In this document: piece after piece, positions 44,872 through 53,743 of the stretch
Layout: each line of letters opens with the position of its first letter
Position numbering within the stretch: position 1 is the stretch's first letter
Origin: Fimbriimonadaceae bacterium
GTDB lineage: Bacteria > Armatimonadota > Fimbriimonadia > Fimbriimonadales > Fimbriimonadaceae
Length of the DNA stretch: 64,000 nt
Direction: 5' to 3'
Assembly (NCBI GenBank): GCA_040902435.1
Contig: JBBDXG010000019.1
Span: 42,779-106,778, forward strand
Made by a program: the position numbers and the translations under genes
Notes under the pieces: generated by a model
Told to the model about the DNA's origin: nothing
Database searches by the model: none
Seen by the model: only the letters and a program-made list of their open reading frames with translations

Positions 44872-45594
44872 ATGAACCTAAATCGCCTGCTTGGACTGAC
44901 GATCGCCCTGAGCGCGCTTGCCGCGCCCGGGTTCGCGTTCTCCCAGGAGCAGGGGCGGGTGGCGCTGGGCAAGCTCGGCCAGGCCATCGAGCCGGCGAAG
45001 ATCCACCAGTCGGCCAGCGCCAAGTCCAAGGTCTACTACACGACCAAAGAGTTCGAGTACCTGGTCATCAACCCCTACGAGGACGCGGCCTGGATCAAGG
45101 TCCTGCTGACGAACGGCAAGCACGGTTTCATCGCGGCCGACTCGGTCGCGCAGCTCCCCTACACGGTGACCGCACCGAAGCAGCAGGCGCGGGGCACGTC
45201 CGCGAGCCGCGACATGAGCAAGGCCGTCGAGATTTCGTTCGAGTACATGGGCGCGCCGTACAAGTTCGGCGGGACCAACGCGGCGAGCGGGATTGACTGC
45301 TCGGCGTTCGTGCAGGACGTGTTCGAGAAGATCGGCGTGGACCTGCCGCGAACGGCGGCCGAGCAGTACAAGGTCGGCACGCCGGTGACCCGGCTGGAAG
45401 ACCTGCAGGCCGGCGACCGGCTGTACTTCTGGGACAAGAAGCGCGGGCTGATCGGGCATACGGGCATGTTCATCGGTTGGCGCGAGGACGGCGGGGCCTA
45501 CTTCATCCACTCTTCGAGCAACAACAAGGGCGTCGCCACCGACGACCTCCGCAACGCGAAGTGGCGCAACCTGCTCGTCGCCGCCCGGCGCTAA
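44872..45594 (+). CDS. NlpC/P60 (C40) cell-wall peptidase with an N-terminal SH3b-like domain
   Basis: The product has a signal peptide. YKFGGTNAASGIDCSAFVQDVF carries the catalytic Cys, and GHTGMFIG carries the His. Confidence 0.8.
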   Translation: MNLNRLLGLTIALSALAAPGFAFSQEQGRVALGKLGQAIEPAKIHQSASAKSKVYYTTKEFEYLVINPYEDAAWIKVLLTNGKHGFIAADSVAQLPYTVTAPKQQARGTSASRDMSKAVEISFEYMGAPYKFGGTNAASGIDCSAFVQDVFEKIGVDLPRTAAEQYKVGTPVTRLEDLQAGDRLYFWDKKRGLIGHTGMFIGWREDGGAYFIHSSSNNKGVATDDLRNAKWRNLLVAARR

Positions 45595-45781
45595 GCCGGA
45601 ATTGGGTGACGCGCCTGTTTCCCCCTATAGTCTCATTCTACCAGATCGTGTAGCTAATTTGTCAAGCCTGTTTCGCGAAATCAGGTAGTAAGCCCTAGCT
45701 TGGTTGACAGACTGACCTTATCGCTTTGTATCCACCGCTAAGTGGTGAATATTTCACCGCCGCCGTGGTAGACTCGTCGCG

Positions 45782-46996
45782 GTGTATCCGAGGCTTGCGG
45801 AGGAGCGGGTGCGGGCGGCGATGGGGGACACGCCGGTCGTGGTTGTCCAAGGCCCTCGGCAGTGCGGGAAGACGACGCTAGTGCGGCGGTTCGTAGGGGA
45901 GGGCGTTCCGTTCGTGACCTTGGACGACTCGCTCGCGCTGGACGCGGCGGTGCGGAACCCGGACGCGTTCGTCTCACAGTTCCGCGGGTCGGTCGTGATT
46001 GACGAGGTTCAGCGCGCGCCGGGTGTTTTCCGCGCGATCAAGAAGTCGGTGGACGCGGACCGTCGGCCGGGCCGGTTCTTGCTGACCGGTTCGTCCAACG
46101 TGCTGTTGCTGCCTCGGCTGTCGGAGTCATTGGCCGGTCGGATGGAGGTCGTACCGTTGTGGCCGCTGTGCCAGGCGGAGGTGGAGGGCGTCGAGGGTGG
46201 TTTTGTTCAGAGGGTGTTTGCGGCAGGCGACCCCTCACCCCTAGCCCCTCTCCCCCGGAGGGGAGAGGGGGATTGCTGGGAGCGGGTCTTGCGCGGGGGG
46301 TTTCCGGAGCCGCTGTCGCGCTCGACGAAAGACCGGGCGAGCGCGTGGTTCGATTCGTACATCAAGACGGTGACGGAGCGCGACGTGCGCGACCTTTCGG
46401 ACATCGAGGGCCTGACGGCGATGCCGCGGCTGTTGAAAGTGTTGGCGCGGCACTGCGGCGAGTCGGTGAACGTGTCGCGCGTCTCGCGCGAGGTGGGGAT
46501 CCCGCACACGACCCTGACGCGCTACTTGTCGCTGCTCGAGTCGGTGTTCGTGCTGCGGCCGTTGCACGCGTGGTCGCACGGCGCGAAGACTGCGAAGCTC
46601 CAGTTCTCTGATCCCGGCGTGTTGGCGCACTTGCTTGGCATTGACGACGTCCGTGCGGCGGACGAGTCGTCGCTGTTGCGGTTGTTAGAGTGTTTTGTCT
46701 CGTGCGAGATCGTGCGGCTGGTTGACGGCTGTGGATCGCGGACGCTTGTTCAGCACTTTCGTTCGTTGCGGACTTGGTCTGTGCCTGTGGTGTTAGAGTC
46801 TGCGTCCGGGGAGGTCGTGGGGGTGTCGGTGACCGCTGATCCCGTTCCCGCGCCTTCGGCGTTTCGCGGGTTGGAGGTTTTGGCGGACATCGCGGGGGAG
46901 CGGTTTTTGCGCGGAGTAGTGTTGCACACGGGCGCTTCTTCTGCGGTGTACAAGGACGGGTTTGTTGGGTTGCCCGTTTCGTCGTTGTGGGAGTGA
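45782..46996 (+). CDS. AAA-type ATPase (AAA_14 + DUF4143 architecture)
   Basis: VVVQGPRQCGKTTL is a Walker A motif, and VVIDEVQRAP is Walker B-like. LLTGSS and RGGFPEP fit this architecture, and the C-terminal part fits DUF4143-type ATPases. Confidence 0.7.
   Translation: MYPRLAEERVRAAMGDTPVVVVQGPRQCGKTTLVRRFVGEGVPFVTLDDSLALDAAVRNPDAFVSQFRGSVVIDEVQRAPGVFRAIKKSVDADRRPGRFLLTGSSNVLLLPRLSESLAGRMEVVPLWPLCQAEVEGVEGGFVQRVFAAGDPSPLAPLPRRGEGDCWERVLRGGFPEPLSRSTKDRASAWFDSYIKTVTERDVRDLSDIEGLTAMPRLLKVLARHCGESVNVSRVSREVGIPHTTLTRYLSLLESVFVLRPLHAWSHGAKTAKLQFSDPGVLAHLLGIDDVRAADESSLLRLLECFVSCEIVRLVDGCGSRTLVQHFRSLRTWSVPVVLESASGEVVGVSVTADPVPAPSAFRGLEVLADIAGERFLRGVVLHTGASSAVYKDGFVGLPVSSLWE
46245..46270. repeat. 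GC-rich 11-bp perfect palindromic element embedded in frame in the ATPase gene
   Basis: CCCCTCTCCCC (46245-46255), loop CGGA, then GGGGAGAGGGG (46260-46270). It is preceded by CCCCTCACCCCTAG and encodes ...PSPLAPLPRRGEGD.... It resembles the element at 41086-41130. Confidence 0.6.
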
Positions 46997-47234
46997 ACGC
47001 GGAAGGTCCGGTGAACCTGTTTAAGTCTCACGTCGCGCTGCGACGTTCGACCTTGGTCGTTCGGCCCGCTACCAGGGGTGTCGCTTCGCTCGACCCCTGG
47101 CTATCGAACTGTGACCCCTGCCGGGGTCGGTCTCTGGCAGGCCGGACCTAGAATTCTCGGAACACGGATAAGCCGTGCGTCGGAGCAGGCGTTGGCCGGC
47201 GGTGCACGGCCGGCCTGTCCGTTCAACCCGGAAA

Positions 47235-47455
47235 CTAAGCCTCAGGACTCTGTCTGGCCCTCGCCAGGTCCTGCGTATGCGCGTCCTGAGGCATGGAATG
47301 GCTCACGCGGTTCTAAGCCTCAGGACTCTGTTCGACCCTCGCCAGGTTTTGCGTTCGCGCGTCCTGAGGCATGGAAGGGCTCACGCGGTTCTAAGCCTCA
47401 GGACTCTGTTTGACCCTCGCCAGGTCTTGCGTTTGCGCGTCCTGAGGCATGGAAG
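47235..47455. repeat. Tandem repeat, about 3 x 78 bp, each unit carrying a perfectly conserved 10-bp inverted repeat
   Basis: Units start at 47235, 47313 and 47391. The unit is CTAAGCCTCAGGACTCTGT..GCCCTCGCCAGGT..TGCGT.TGCGCGTCCTGAGGCATGGAA.GGCTCACGCGGTT. GCCTCAGGAC and GTCCTGAGGC are invariant in all three, and the third unit diverges after GGAAG. Confidence 0.85.
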
Positions 47456-47467
47456 CCCGCGCTCCGA

Positions 47468-48541
47468 TTAGCTCAAAAGGGAGTCCAGAAGGCGGGCGGT
47501 ACCGAAGCGGACGGGGTCGGTGGTGGGGAGGTTGGTTTCGCGCTCAGTTTCTTCGCAAGCGGCGAGGGCTTCGGCGTCCGGCGAGAGGTGGGCGCAGTTG
47601 AGGGCGATGCCGACGGCCTGCGGCCGCACGTAGGTGCCGCAGACCTCGGCGAGGTCCTGGTAGAGCCTGATGAACTCGACGAGCGGCGGGACATGGACCC
47701 AAGGCAGGCGAGGCAGCGTGTCCATCCCCGCGCGATGGCAGAGCACGAGGTGCGTCGGCTGCGAGCCGCGGATGAGCGGCAGGGTCGAGGTGCTGCCTGG
47801 GTGGAGGAGCGAGCCCTGGCCTTCGATCAGGACGAGGTCCGCGTCTTTGCACGCCATCACTTCCCTCTCGATCGCGCCGCAGGCGAAGTCGAGACGTATG
47901 CAATCGAGCGGCACGCCCTTGCCAGTGATCGTGATACCGATCTGCCCTGTCGCGACAAACTCCGCCTTGATGCCCCGCGCGAGCGCCTCCTTCCACATCA
48001 CGAGCCCCGCGGTCATCTTTCCGACGGCCATGTCGGTACCGATGAAGAGCACGCGGGTGTTCGTGAGGTGGCGCGCTTCGGCGTAGCCGACACCGATGTC
48101 GGGGGGCTCGGTGCGGATGTCGTAGATGAATTGGTCCGGGTTGGTACGGGTTGGTTCGGATTGGTTCGGGGGTACGGAACTCTGAAGGAACGGGTATCGC
48201 GGTGCGAGGCGGTCGTGGAGGCCGTTGACGATGTTGAAGCCGAGTTCGACCGCGCGGTCCAGCGTCGGGAACCAGCTTTCAGGAATGAGCCCGCCGGGCG
48301 GCGCGATGCCGAGGAGCAGGACGTCCGCGCCGAGCGCGCGCGCGTCCTCGACGCTCCCGACGATCGGAACTTTGCGATCAACGCGCGTGAGCGCGACGCT
48401 GTCCTCGCCGACGTTCTGCGAATCCACGAGGCAGACGATCTCGTGCGGCGAAAACCGCAGGACGCCGAGGCCCATCTTGCCTGTCTTTTCGGCGAACGCG
48501 CCCTCCATGTAGACGGCGATCCTGTGCGCGCTCGTGAGCAC
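47468..48541 (-). CDS. DUF1611 family protein (DgcN-type N-acetyltransferase-like)
   Basis: The 357-aa product contains ...VLFIGTDMAVGKMT..., DLVLIEGQGSLLHPG and LVLCHRAG. It pairs with the adjacent enolase-superfamily epimerase, as is typical for DUF1611. Confidence 0.75.
   Translation of the reverse strand: MLTSAHRIAVYMEGAFAEKTGKMGLGVLRFSPHEIVCLVDSQNVGEDSVALTRVDRKVPIVGSVEDARALGADVLLLGIAPPGGLIPESWFPTLDRAVELGFNIVNGLHDRLAPRYPFLQSSVPPNQSEPTRTNPDQFIYDIRTEPPDIGVGYAEARHLTNTRVLFIGTDMAVGKMTAGLVMWKEALARGIKAEFVATGQIGITITGKGVPLDCIRLDFACGAIEREVMACKDADLVLIEGQGSLLHPGSTSTLPLIRGSQPTHLVLCHRAGMDTLPRLPWVHVPPLVEFIRLYQDLAEVCGTYVRPQAVGIALNCAHLSPDAEALAACEETERETNLPTTDPVRFGTARLLDSLLS
48131..48170. repeat. Four tandem decamers TTGGTNCGGR inside the DUF1611 coding region
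   Basis: TTGGTCCGGG TTGGTACGGG TTGGTTCGGA TTGGTTCGGG, then GGTACGG. On the coding strand this encodes ...PPNQSEPTRTNPDQ.... Confidence 0.8.
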
Positions 48542-49588
48542 TTATTTGAGGAAGGCGCCGTGGCCTGGGTGGTTGGTCGGGACGACGACGCCGGAGACGA
48601 GCTTGGTGCCCCCCGCCGGGTCGGGATCCAGGTTGAAGTGCGCGTCGAGGTCAATGTAGTCCATGAGCGCGCCGATGCTCGCTCCCGCGGCGATCGCGAC
48701 GCTGCTCTCGCCCATGCATCCGATCATCGTCTTGAGGCCGTGCGCGCGCGCGGTGTTCACGGCGCGTAACGCCTCGGTCAGTCCTCCGGTCTTCATGAGC
48801 TTGAAGTTTATTCCGTCGCAGCGGTCGGCTACTTTGGGGACGTCGGCCGCGGTGTGGACGCTCTCGTCGAGGAAGATGGGGAGCTTTCTTTGGGCGAAGA
48901 CCCCCGGCAGCGCGTCCTCGTCGCCCTTTGCGAGCGGCTGTTCCACGTATCCGCAGCCCCTCTCCGCGAGCCAGGCGATCATGTGCGTCGCGTCCTTTTC
49001 TGACCAACCGCCGTTGGCGTCCACCCTCAGCGCGACGTTGTAAGGGGCGGCGGCTTCCCTCGCCGCTTCGTACGCTTGCTTGTCCCTTTCGATGCCTTCA
49101 GGGTTGCCGAGCTTGACCTTGAGCGCCTTCGCCTCGTTGTTCGTCCAGTTGAGGATGATTTCGGGGACCCGTTCTGCAATGACTTCCGGGGGGTTGATGC
49201 CGACGGTGATGCTGGTCGGGACGAAGGGCTTGCCGAGGCCGAAGAGCCTGTAGAGCGGGAGGCCGGCCTGCTTGCCGAGGAGGTCCCAGAGGGCGATGTC
49301 CACGCCGGCCATTGCGGGGCGCTCGATCCCCATGTGGAGCATCTTCGTGTAGACCTCGTGGATGGCGAGCTCGTAGAGGCCGGACTTGTTGAGCTGTCCG
49401 ATCTGGTCTACGGCTCGCTGGGCGAGGTCCTGGTCGTCGCCTGTGCCGGGGGCGCACTCGCCGAGCCCGGTGTGGGCGCCGTCTGTGGCCGTGACGAAGA
49501 CGTTGCGGCTGCCTGTGCTCGTGCCTCTGCTGATCTGGAGCGGGTACTGCTTTTTGAGCTCGATGACCTTTGTGGCGAGGGTGAGCAT
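48542..49588 (-). CDS. Enolase-superfamily dipeptide (L-Ala-D/L-Glu-type) epimerase
   Basis: QISRGTSTGSRNVFV..GLGECAPG, KVKLG, LRVDANGGW, YVEQPL, IFLDES, NFKLMKTGG and IGCMGES are present. I use ATG 49588 (MLTLATKV...). The Pro-rich extension of the track ORF up to 49774 is probably not translated. Confidence 0.8.
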   Translation of the reverse strand: MLTLATKVIELKKQYPLQISRGTSTGSRNVFVTATDGAHTGLGECAPGTGDDQDLAQRAVDQIGQLNKSGLYELAIHEVYTKMLHMGIERPAMAGVDIALWDLLGKQAGLPLYRLFGLGKPFVPTSITVGINPPEVIAERVPEIILNWTNNEAKALKVKLGNPEGIERDKQAYEAAREAAAPYNVALRVDANGGWSEKDATHMIAWLAERGCGYVEQPLAKGDEDALPGVFAQRKLPIFLDESVHTAADVPKVADRCDGINFKLMKTGGLTEALRAVNTARAHGLKTMIGCMGESSVAIAAGASIGALMDYIDLDAHFNLDPDPAGGTKLVSGVVVPTNHPGHGAFLK

Positions 49589-49760
49589 GTGTGGCGAGGA
49601 TACCGGGGGTGGTCCGGGGGTTCGGGAAGGGGCGGCGGGAAGGGGCGGGTTCGTGATGAGAGTGGTTCGGGGGTCAGGGAGTCGAGGGTCGAAGAGTTTG
49701 CGCTGTGTGCGCCCCTTGCCAGGACCACCGGCCTGATAGAATGAAGGGTGGAGGCCTGCA

Positions 49761-49949
49761 GTGTACGGTGTCACGTTCTTAGCGATCGGCAGAATCGTCG
49801 CCCTTGTTGCGTCTGGAGCGCTTCTGTTCGTGTCTCTGACGGGGACGTACTCTCCTGATCCCGCGCTCGAGCGGAAGAAGATCGAGCTTTATGACAACCA
49901 GATGCTCATTTGTCCCTTCGGGTTCCCCACTTTTCTCGACGAAGACTAG
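49761..49949 (+). CDS. Possible small membrane protein (62 aa)
   Basis: The start is GTG. One hydrophobic helix is present (FLAIGRIVALVASGALLFVSL). It lies in an AT-richer patch. Support is weak. Confidence 0.25.
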   Translation: MYGVTFLAIGRIVALVASGALLFVSLTGTYSPDPALERKKIELYDNQMLICPFGFPTFLDED

Positions 49950-50013
49950 CTTCGGCACAATGGGGCGTTCGGGGTAGTTCGGCGGGAGTCCAGACGACGA
50001 GAACCGTGATAGT

Positions 50014-50613
50014 ATGAGGGTGGAGTATCACATGACGGACGCTAGAGCCCGCTTCCTGAAGCGCACTGCGATCGTGTCTATCGTCGCCGCGCCGTTCCTG
50101 TGGTTTGTTCTCGCTCCGTTCCCGGGGCTGGGTTTGATCTACTCGATCACGGACCCGTTGCGCGGGCATCCGCACTCCAAGCACGGCACGCAACCAACGA
50201 AGTTCGTAGGACTGTGGGTGCAGGAGGTTACCAAGGAGTTTGGCAGCAAGGAGAAGGCTTTCTTTCTCATGGACAACTGGGATGTCGCAGACATCCCATC
50301 TACGTCCCAGCGGACATGGCACTATGACGATGGTCGTCTCGTCATCGACAGCGTCTCCGGCTGCGGCAACTGCTATAGCGGGATTGTAACCGGTGAGTAC
50401 ACCGTCACGTTCGATGGCGCCGATCGAATGGAACTGACCCACGTAGACGGGCACGACCACCACTACTTCGGATGGTATCGGCGTGTCGAGATCACCGATG
50501 CGCTGAGAGAGGCGATCGAGCAGCAAATGAGATCAGAAAGCGATCTTGAGGCGCGCCAGGCAAAGATGGTCATGTTCGCGATCGAGCAGTATGAGCACAA
50601 GTCGAATCGCTGA
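50014..50613 (+). CDS. Hypothetical membrane-anchored protein (199 aa)
   Basis: The N-terminal TM helix is IVSIVAAPFLWFVLAPFPGLGLI, followed by a soluble domain containing CGNCYSG. The region is AT-richer than the flanks. I recognise no family. Confidence 0.4.
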   Translation: MRVEYHMTDARARFLKRTAIVSIVAAPFLWFVLAPFPGLGLIYSITDPLRGHPHSKHGTQPTKFVGLWVQEVTKEFGSKEKAFFLMDNWDVADIPSTSQRTWHYDDGRLVIDSVSGCGNCYSGIVTGEYTVTFDGADRMELTHVDGHDHHYFGWYRRVEITDALREAIEQQMRSESDLEARQAKMVMFAIEQYEHKSNR

Positions 50614-50637
50614 GTGGTGCGATCCGTTCGATGTAGC

Positions 50638-52350
50638 TTAGCGCTTCATCGAGTCGAGCTCTTTGGCGAACTTTTCCTTGACGACCTTGCGCTTGACTTT
50701 GAGCGAGGGGGTGAGTTCGCCGGTTTCCACCGAGAACACGACGCCAAGGATGGTGTGCTTTTTCGCCTTCTCATAGTCGGCGAGGGTCTTGTTGGTGTTC
50801 GAGACCTCCCCTTTGATCAGCTCGCGCACGTCGTCGCGCGCGGCGATCGCCGCGAGGTCGCTCTCTTCGACGCCCTTCGCCTTCAGCCACGTCTTCACTC
50901 GGTCGAACTCGGGGACGATGAGCGCGCAGCAGTACTCCATGCCGTCGCCGAAGAGCACGGCCTCGTTGATGAACTCGCTCTCCTTGAGCTTGTTCTCGAT
51001 CGGCAGCGGCGCGACGTTCTTCCCATTGCCGAGCACGAGCAGGTCCTTCTTCCTGTCGGTGATCTTGAGGTGCCCGTCGTCGAACTCTCCGATGTCGCCG
51101 GTGTGGAACCACCCGTCGCTCTCGATCGCGGCGGCAGTGTCCTCGGGCAGGTTGTAGTAGCCCTTCATCACGCTGCTGCCGCGCTGCAGGATCTCGCCGT
51201 CGCCCGCGATCTTGATCTCGACGACGTCGAGCGGCGGGCCGACGGTGTGCGGGCGGTTGTCCCACGGCCTGTTGATGCAGCTCGCGGCCGTCGTCTCCGT
51301 GAGGCCGTAGCCCTGCAGGACCGTGAGGTGGAACGCGTTGTAGAACTCGTTGACGTGCGGCGGCAGCGCGGCGCCGCCGCTGACGAAGAACCGCACGGAC
51401 CCGCCGATCTTGTCGCGCAGTTTCTTTCCGACGATCTTGTCGAGCAGCCCGTGGAACGGCGCGGGCTGCTTGCGGTACTTCTTGATGCCTTGGTCGAGCG
51501 CCCAGTAGAAGAGCTTTTTGCGGAGCGTCGGCGACTTCTCGACGCCATCGAGCACGCGCGCGCGCATGGACTCGAGGAAGCGCGGGACGCAGAGCACGAT
51601 CGTGGGGCTCGTTTTGAGGAGGTCCGCGCCGATGCTGGCGATCGAGCCGGCGTACACGGTGCTGCCGCCGATCGCGACGGGCAGCGCGTGTCCCGCGTAC
51701 CGCGCAAATACGTGCGCGAGCGGGAGGAAGATGAAGAAGCGGTCGTTCTCGTCCACCGGGAACCCGCTCTGGATGCTCGCGCTGAGCGAGATGAAGTTGT
51801 CGTGCGTGAGGATGACGCCCTTCGGGCTCCCCGTCGTGCCGCTGGTGTAGATGAACGTCGCGTTGTCGTGTTTGCCGATCTCGTCAATGCGCGCGTTGAG
51901 CTGCGCTTCTGTGAGGCCCGACTTTTCGGTGAGCAGGCCGGCCCAGGTTAGCGCGCGCACGCCGGGCATGCCGCGGACCTTCGCCGACTGCTTTTCGTCG
52001 CTGCAGACGACGACCTTCGCGCCGGAGTCGGCGACGATGTACTGCGCCTGGTCCTCCGGGAGCGTCGGGTAGATCGGGACGGTGACGACGCCGAGGCACT
52101 GGCACGCCCAGTCCACGAGCGCCCACTCCTTGCACGTTTCGCCGATGATGCAGAGGCGGTCGCCTCGCTGGACGCCGAGCGCGTTGACGCAGATCGCGTA
52201 CTTCAGCGTCTCTTGCCAGAGCTCCTTGTACGTGACCGTGTGGAAGTCCTTGTTCTCGGGATAGACGAGCGCGGTGCGGCCGGCGTGTTTGACGCACGAT
52301 CTGCGCAGCATGTCTGCGAGGGACTTGGCTTCCGCGATGAAGGGGTTCAT
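50638..52350 (-). CDS. fadD: Long-chain-fatty-acid--CoA ligase (AMP-dependent synthetase)
   Basis: FIYTSGTTGSPKGVILTHDNF is the AMP-binding motif. GYGLTET, WFHTGDIG and DRKKDL are also present in the 570-aa product. Confidence 0.85.
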   Translation of the reverse strand: MNPFIAEAKSLADMLRRSCVKHAGRTALVYPENKDFHTVTYKELWQETLKYAICVNALGVQRGDRLCIIGETCKEWALVDWACQCLGVVTVPIYPTLPEDQAQYIVADSGAKVVVCSDEKQSAKVRGMPGVRALTWAGLLTEKSGLTEAQLNARIDEIGKHDNATFIYTSGTTGSPKGVILTHDNFISLSASIQSGFPVDENDRFFIFLPLAHVFARYAGHALPVAIGGSTVYAGSIASIGADLLKTSPTIVLCVPRFLESMRARVLDGVEKSPTLRKKLFYWALDQGIKKYRKQPAPFHGLLDKIVGKKLRDKIGGSVRFFVSGGAALPPHVNEFYNAFHLTVLQGYGLTETTAASCINRPWDNRPHTVGPPLDVVEIKIAGDGEILQRGSSVMKGYYNLPEDTAAAIESDGWFHTGDIGEFDDGHLKITDRKKDLLVLGNGKNVAPLPIENKLKESEFINEAVLFGDGMEYCCALIVPEFDRVKTWLKAKGVEESDLAAIAARDDVRELIKGEVSNTNKTLADYEKAKKHTILGVVFSVETGELTPSLKVKRKVVKEKFAKELDSMKR

Positions 52351-52432
52351 GGGGGGAGTTTGGAAGTTCGGCGGGATCGGCGGGTTTGAGTTTGTCGAAT
52401 CTACCCGGAACTAATCCGAACCAACCTGAACC

Positions 52433-53743
52433 TCAGATCAACGCCAGCTCCTTCACCCTGAGATACGCGCTGACGAGGGCGGCGGAGAGGTCCTCGGGCT
52501 CGGCCTCGATGCTCTGGACGCCGCCGGTCGAGAGCCGCACGTCGGCCTTCTTGCGGTCGCGGAAGTACCAGAAAGCGGCCGCGCGGTGGTAGAGGTCGGT
52601 CGGCTTTTCGACGCCGGTCGCGAGGACCTCGCGCAGGCGCGGGTCTGCGACGCGCACGACGAAGAGCAGGTGCCTTCGCCGGAGGATCGAAAGCGCGGCG
52701 GAGAGTTCTGCGGCCTGTTCCTCGTTCTCCGCATCGGTGAAGACGACGACGAGCGAGCGCCGCTTCCAACGCGAGGCGAGGTATGAGAACGCGGCCAGAT
52801 AGTTGGGCTGCACTGGCTCGGCGTGGACGCCGTGCACGGTGTCGAGGATCGCGCTGACCTGCGCGCGGCCCTTCTTCGGCGCGATGTAGCGCCCGACGTA
52901 GTCGCTGAACATGAGCAGCCCGATCTGGTCGCCCATCTTCTCAGCGGCGTGCATGAGCATAAGCGAAGAGTCAATCGCGTAGTCGAGCTTTCGGCGTCCG
53001 GCGACCTCCGCGAGCATGTGGCGTCCGACGTCGAGCGCGACGATGACACCCTGGTTCCGCTCGACCTCGTAGTTGCGCACAACCAGTTTTCCTGTCCGTG
53101 CGGTGGTCTTCCAATCTATGATGCGGTAATCGTCGTCGTTGTACTCGCGCAGCGACTCGAACTCCGTGCCGAGCCCTTTCACGCGCGAGCGCCGCACTCC
53201 CATGAGCGCGAGGTGGCCCTTCTGCTTGAGCAGGTCGTACTCTGCGAGCGCGCGGACGTTGGGATAGATCGGCGCCTTCTGTTGGTTGGGGACGAACTTC
53301 TCGACCCACGCGAGGCCGAGCGGCGCAAGCACGCGGAGGTACGTGCCGCCGAAGGCGTCGTTGCCGCGGTGGCGCGGCGTGATGGTGTAGGAGAGCTGTT
53401 GCGCACGCCCCGGCTCGAGCGCGACGGCAAACTCGTGCCGCGTCGCGTCGGAGTCGGACGGCGGGGCGTCCCGGACGAGGAGGCGCACCCGAATGTCGCT
53501 GGCGTTCTCGACGTCGAGCCGCACGGGGTTTGGGACGCCGACGCTGAACAGCGGCGCGGTGACGCGAGTGACCGTGAGAAAGTCCCACCGGCGAGCAACG
53601 AGCCAGCTCGTGACCAGAGCGACCAGGAGCATGGCGTTGTACGGCAGCAGCACGGCCTCGAATCCGGGCACGACCGCGCCGATGAGCGCCAGCGGTATGC
53701 CGGCGGCGATGAGGAGCCAGAAGCGCGTGGTCGGGACGGGCAT
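52433..53743 (-). CDS. DUF58 domain protein (vWA-like, usually MoxR-associated)
   Basis: The product has two N-terminal TM helices. EFESLREYNDDDYRIIDWKTTARTGKLVVRNYEVERNQ is the DUF58 core, followed by VIVALDVGRHM. Confidence 0.8.
   Translation of the reverse strand: MPVPTTRFWLLIAAGIPLALIGAVVPGFEAVLLPYNAMLLVALVTSWLVARRWDFLTVTRVTAPLFSVGVPNPVRLDVENASDIRVRLLVRDAPPSDSDATRHEFAVALEPGRAQQLSYTITPRHRGNDAFGGTYLRVLAPLGLAWVEKFVPNQQKAPIYPNVRALAEYDLLKQKGHLALMGVRRSRVKGLGTEFESLREYNDDDYRIIDWKTTARTGKLVVRNYEVERNQGVIVALDVGRHMLAEVAGRRKLDYAIDSSLMLMHAAEKMGDQIGLLMFSDYVGRYIAPKKGRAQVSAILDTVHGVHAEPVQPNYLAAFSYLASRWKRRSLVVVFTDAENEEQAAELSAALSILRRRHLLFVVRVADPRLREVLATGVEKPTDLYHRAAAFWYFRDRKKADVRLSTGGVQSIEAEPEDLSAALVSAYLRVKELALI

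Noticed and set aside
47078-47471. The track ORFs 47078..47413 and 47175..47471 as genes, and the 78-bp repeats as CRISPR.
   Set aside because: Both ORFs simply re-read the 78-bp unit and so have internally repetitive peptides. The whole unit is repeated without spacers, which is inconsistent with CRISPR.
49589-49774. N-terminal extensions of track ORFs. Examples are the epimerase to 49774, cdsA to 62993, argJ to 11426, the HD protein to 30935, the ldh-like gene to 10101 and the HDOD gene to 5750.
   Set aside because: The extensions are Pro/Arg-rich or cross repeat tracts or neighbouring genes. In each case an internal ATG or GTG gives an N-terminus matching the family, so I used the shorter models.
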